A DNA stretch of 64,000 nucleotides. Origin: an uncultured Bacilli bacterium (lineage in GTDB: Bacteria > Bacillota_I > Bacilli_A > RF39 > UBA660). The notes beneath the pieces are model-generated. The model did not search any database, had not been told where the DNA came from, and worked only from the letters and a program-made list of their open reading frames with translations. The position numbers and the translations under genes are program-made. Below, one piece after another: positions 62,150-64,000 of this stretch (within the stretch, counting starts at the first letter, position 1; each line of letters begins with the position of its first letter). The stretch is from positions 2,673 to 66,672 of the forward strand of contig CANROY010000002.1 in assembly GCA_947632355.1 (NCBI GenBank), in the 5' to 3' direction.

Positions 62150-62345
62150 TGATACAATGTAAGTACCTGAAGGAATAGTTTGTTTCACATAAAACCGACT
62201 ATTGGATATTATTGGGAATCTAATTGAGTGTGGTGTAGAAGACTAGCCCATTAAGTGTTGCTAGGATCCTAAAGCATTTCATGTGATGCCCACCTCGCGT
62301 GAGCGGGCTTTTATCCAAACAGACTTTCCTTTGGGTTTTTATATG
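62150..62345 (+). other. GC-rich, probably structured, non-coding element (candidate leader or small RNA) upstream of tcdA
   Basis: About 45-50% GC in a roughly 30% GC genome; complementary segments AGCCC...GGGCT around GCCCACCTCGCGTGAGCGGGC; followed by CCAAA...TTTGG plus a T-run and the tcdA RBS; no ORF. Confidence 0.35.
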
Positions 62346-62347
62346 AG

Positions 62348-63037
62348 GTGAAAACTATGTTTGAACGTACATTAAAAATAATAAATGAACACTTATTAGA
62401 AAAAATAAAAAAACAAAAGATATTACTTGTTGGAGTAGGGGGAGTTGGAGGGTTTGCTTTAGAAAGCCTTGTTCGTTTAGGATTTTCTTCTTTTACGATT
62501 CTTGATTCTGACCTTTTTGAAGAAAGCAATTTAAATCGACAAATTCTTTGTACAAAAGAAACAATAGGTCATTCTAAAGTAGAAGAAGCCAAGAAAAGAG
62601 CTTTAAGTATAAATCCAAATGCAAAAATAGAAATACAACCTATTTTTTTAAATCAAGACAATATAGAAGAACTATTTAAAACTTCTTATGATTATATTAT
62701 CGATGCTTGTGATACCGTAACAACAAAGTATTTACTTATTAAAAAAGCAATAGAGTCCAATACCAAAATTATTTCTTGTATGGGAACCGGAAATCGATTG
62801 AATCCTAGTAAAGTAACGATTACAACATTAAAGAAAACGTATAATGACCCTCTTGCTAAGGCTATGCGTGAAATTTTAAGAAAAAATGAAGTTTCTTTAA
62901 ATATACCTGTCGTATGGAGTAGTGAAAATCCTGTTAAAACAAAAGAAAAAGCACCAGGTTCTATTGTTTTAGTTCCTGCTGCTGCTGGATTACAAATTGC
63001 TTATTTTCTTTTTAAGGATTTAGAAGAAAATCTTTAG
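62348..63037 (+). CDS. tcdA: tRNA threonylcarbamoyladenosine dehydratase (ThiF/MoeB-family E1-like)
   Basis: Rossmann motif LLVGVGGVGGFALESL, DSDLFEESNLNRQ, DPLAKAMREILRK, all TcdA/CsdL-like; 229 aa. Confidence 0.8.
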   Translation: MKTMFERTLKIINEHLLEKIKKQKILLVGVGGVGGFALESLVRLGFSSFTILDSDLFEESNLNRQILCTKETIGHSKVEEAKKRALSINPNAKIEIQPIFLNQDNIEELFKTSYDYIIDACDTVTTKYLLIKKAIESNTKIISCMGTGNRLNPSKVTITTLKKTYNDPLAKAMREILRKNEVSLNIPVVWSSENPVKTKEKAPGSIVLVPAAAGLQIAYFLFKDLEENL

Positions 63038-64000
63038 TTTTACTTCTTTCATTGCCTCTAATAAAGTTTCTATTTTCGCATTTTCAAAGATAATAGCATA
63101 AAGAGCAAGTAGAATAGGGGCTTTTATTCTTTTTCTCTCTACTAATACTTTCATATTCTTTAATGTTTCGACACCTTCTAAGGTGTTTTTTTCTTTGAAT
63201 GTATCAATGTCTTTTTTACTTTTTTTCTTACCTAATAGTTCTCCAAATTGATAATTTCTACTTTCAGTTGATGTACAAGTTGCTACTATATCACCAAAAC
63301 CTGCAAGGCTATGTAACGTTTCCACATCTTCGCCATCACATTTATAAATCACCTTTGCTGCTTCGTTATAGATAACGGTTAAATAGTAGGCTAGTGTACT
63401 TTCTTTATACCCCATACCATTTATCATACCAGCACCTAAAGCATAGACATTTTTAATACTTCCTAAAAGTGCAACACTTGTTAAATCTCTTGTAAATACA
63501 ACTTTTACATTTTCAAGTTGGAAAGCATTCTTTATGGCACTACGTACTTTTTTACTTTTTGTTGCTACATTAAAAGCAATGGGTTCTAAATTACAAACAT
63601 CGACTGCAAAGGTAGGTCCACCAAGAATACCAATCGGATTTTTTAAAATTCCTTTTACAATTTGGTGTATCATTTTTGGTTTTTCTCCAACAATTCCTTT
63701 TGTTCCAATACAAATAGGAACCTCTTTTGCTACAATATCCTTTATATCGTTACAAACACTTTCTAAGTAGGCAATAGAAGTCATTAAAAGCACTAAATCA
63801 GCGTTTTTTAAAGCTTCTTCATAAGAAGTGGTTACTGTAACATTCTTAGGAAATTCCTTATCCTTAAAAAGTTTTTCAAACTTATTTGTTTTTTGGAAGT
63901 CTTCAACAATTTTTTTGTCTTCACTCCATAAAACAATACTATTTTTTGCATTTTGGGCTAGATTAAAAGCCACTGCTGTACTAAATACTCCTGTACCAAT
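63020..64000 (-). CDS. gpsA: NAD(P)H-dependent glycerol-3-phosphate dehydrogenase, N-terminus beyond the window end
   Basis: Motifs GPTFA, LAGFGDIVATCTS, and N-terminal Rossmann GTGVFSTAVA running off the window edge. Confidence 0.85.
   Translation of the reverse strand: MGTGVFSTAVAFNLAQNAKNSIVLWSEDKKIVEDFQKTNKFEKLFKDKEFPKNVTVTTSYEEALKNADLVLLMTSIAYLESVCNDIKDIVAKEVPICIGTKGIVGEKPKMIHQIVKGILKNPIGILGGPTFAVDVCNLEPIAFNVATKSKKVRSAIKNAFQLENVKVVFTRDLTSVALLGSIKNVYALGAGMINGMGYKESTLAYYLTVIYNEAAKVIYKCDGEDVETLHSLAGFGDIVATCTSTESRNYQFGELLGKKKSKKDIDTFKEKNTLEGVETLKNMKVLVERKRIKAPILLALYAIIFENAKIETLLEAMKEVKLKIFF

Noticed and set aside
62150-62345. Possible tRNA, tmRNA, SRP or RNase P RNA in the GC-rich segment
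   Set aside because: No T-loop GTTCRANTC, no CCA-adjacent acceptor pattern, and none of the SRP domain IV, RNase P or tmRNA tag-reading-frame signatures could be found by eye; it is kept only as an unclassified structured-element candidate.
62311-62529. Minus-strand 72-aa ORF overlapping the start of tcdA
   Set aside because: Antisense to the well-supported ThiF-family ORF and to the GC-rich leader; no RBS.

Overview
This looks like a contiguous chromosomal segment from a low-GC (about 30% GC), standard-genetic-code, cell-walled Gram-positive bacterium; the placement near Erysipelotrichia or Clostridia is an inference from gene content only. The backbone is conserved Firmicute housekeeping synteny, almost all on the + strand: T-box-regulated HD-protein/valS, the hrcA-grpE-dnaK-(pepF)-dnaJ heat-shock operon preceded by two CIRCE operators, trmB, obg, a sigma-70 gene with an unusual C-terminal extension, ruvAB, queA, tgt, relA/spoT, dtd, murE, T-box-regulated hisS-aspS, gatCAB, tcdA and gpsA (minus strand, cut at the window end). 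Three accessory blocks interrupt this backbone. The first is a complete Gram-positive-type Tad/Flp pilus locus (22.3-28.3 kb) that abuts a truncated PHP-domain gene. The second comprises small insertions inside the ruvAB-queA-tgt operon. The third is a roughly 7.3 kb insertion between gatB and tcdA (54.8-62.1 kb) carrying tandemly duplicated lipoprotein-like genes, membrane proteins, a HAS-barrel HerA/FtsK-superfamily ATPase and two recently duplicated coiled-coil membrane paralogs. I regard this HerA-plus-membrane-protein module as the best candidate for an undescribed system. I found no rRNA, tRNA, CRISPR array, transposase or integrase. Several intrinsic terminators and sigma-A-type promoters can be read directly, and a GC-rich, possibly structured, element lies upstream of tcdA. 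All family assignments rest on motifs read by eye, with no database searches run.
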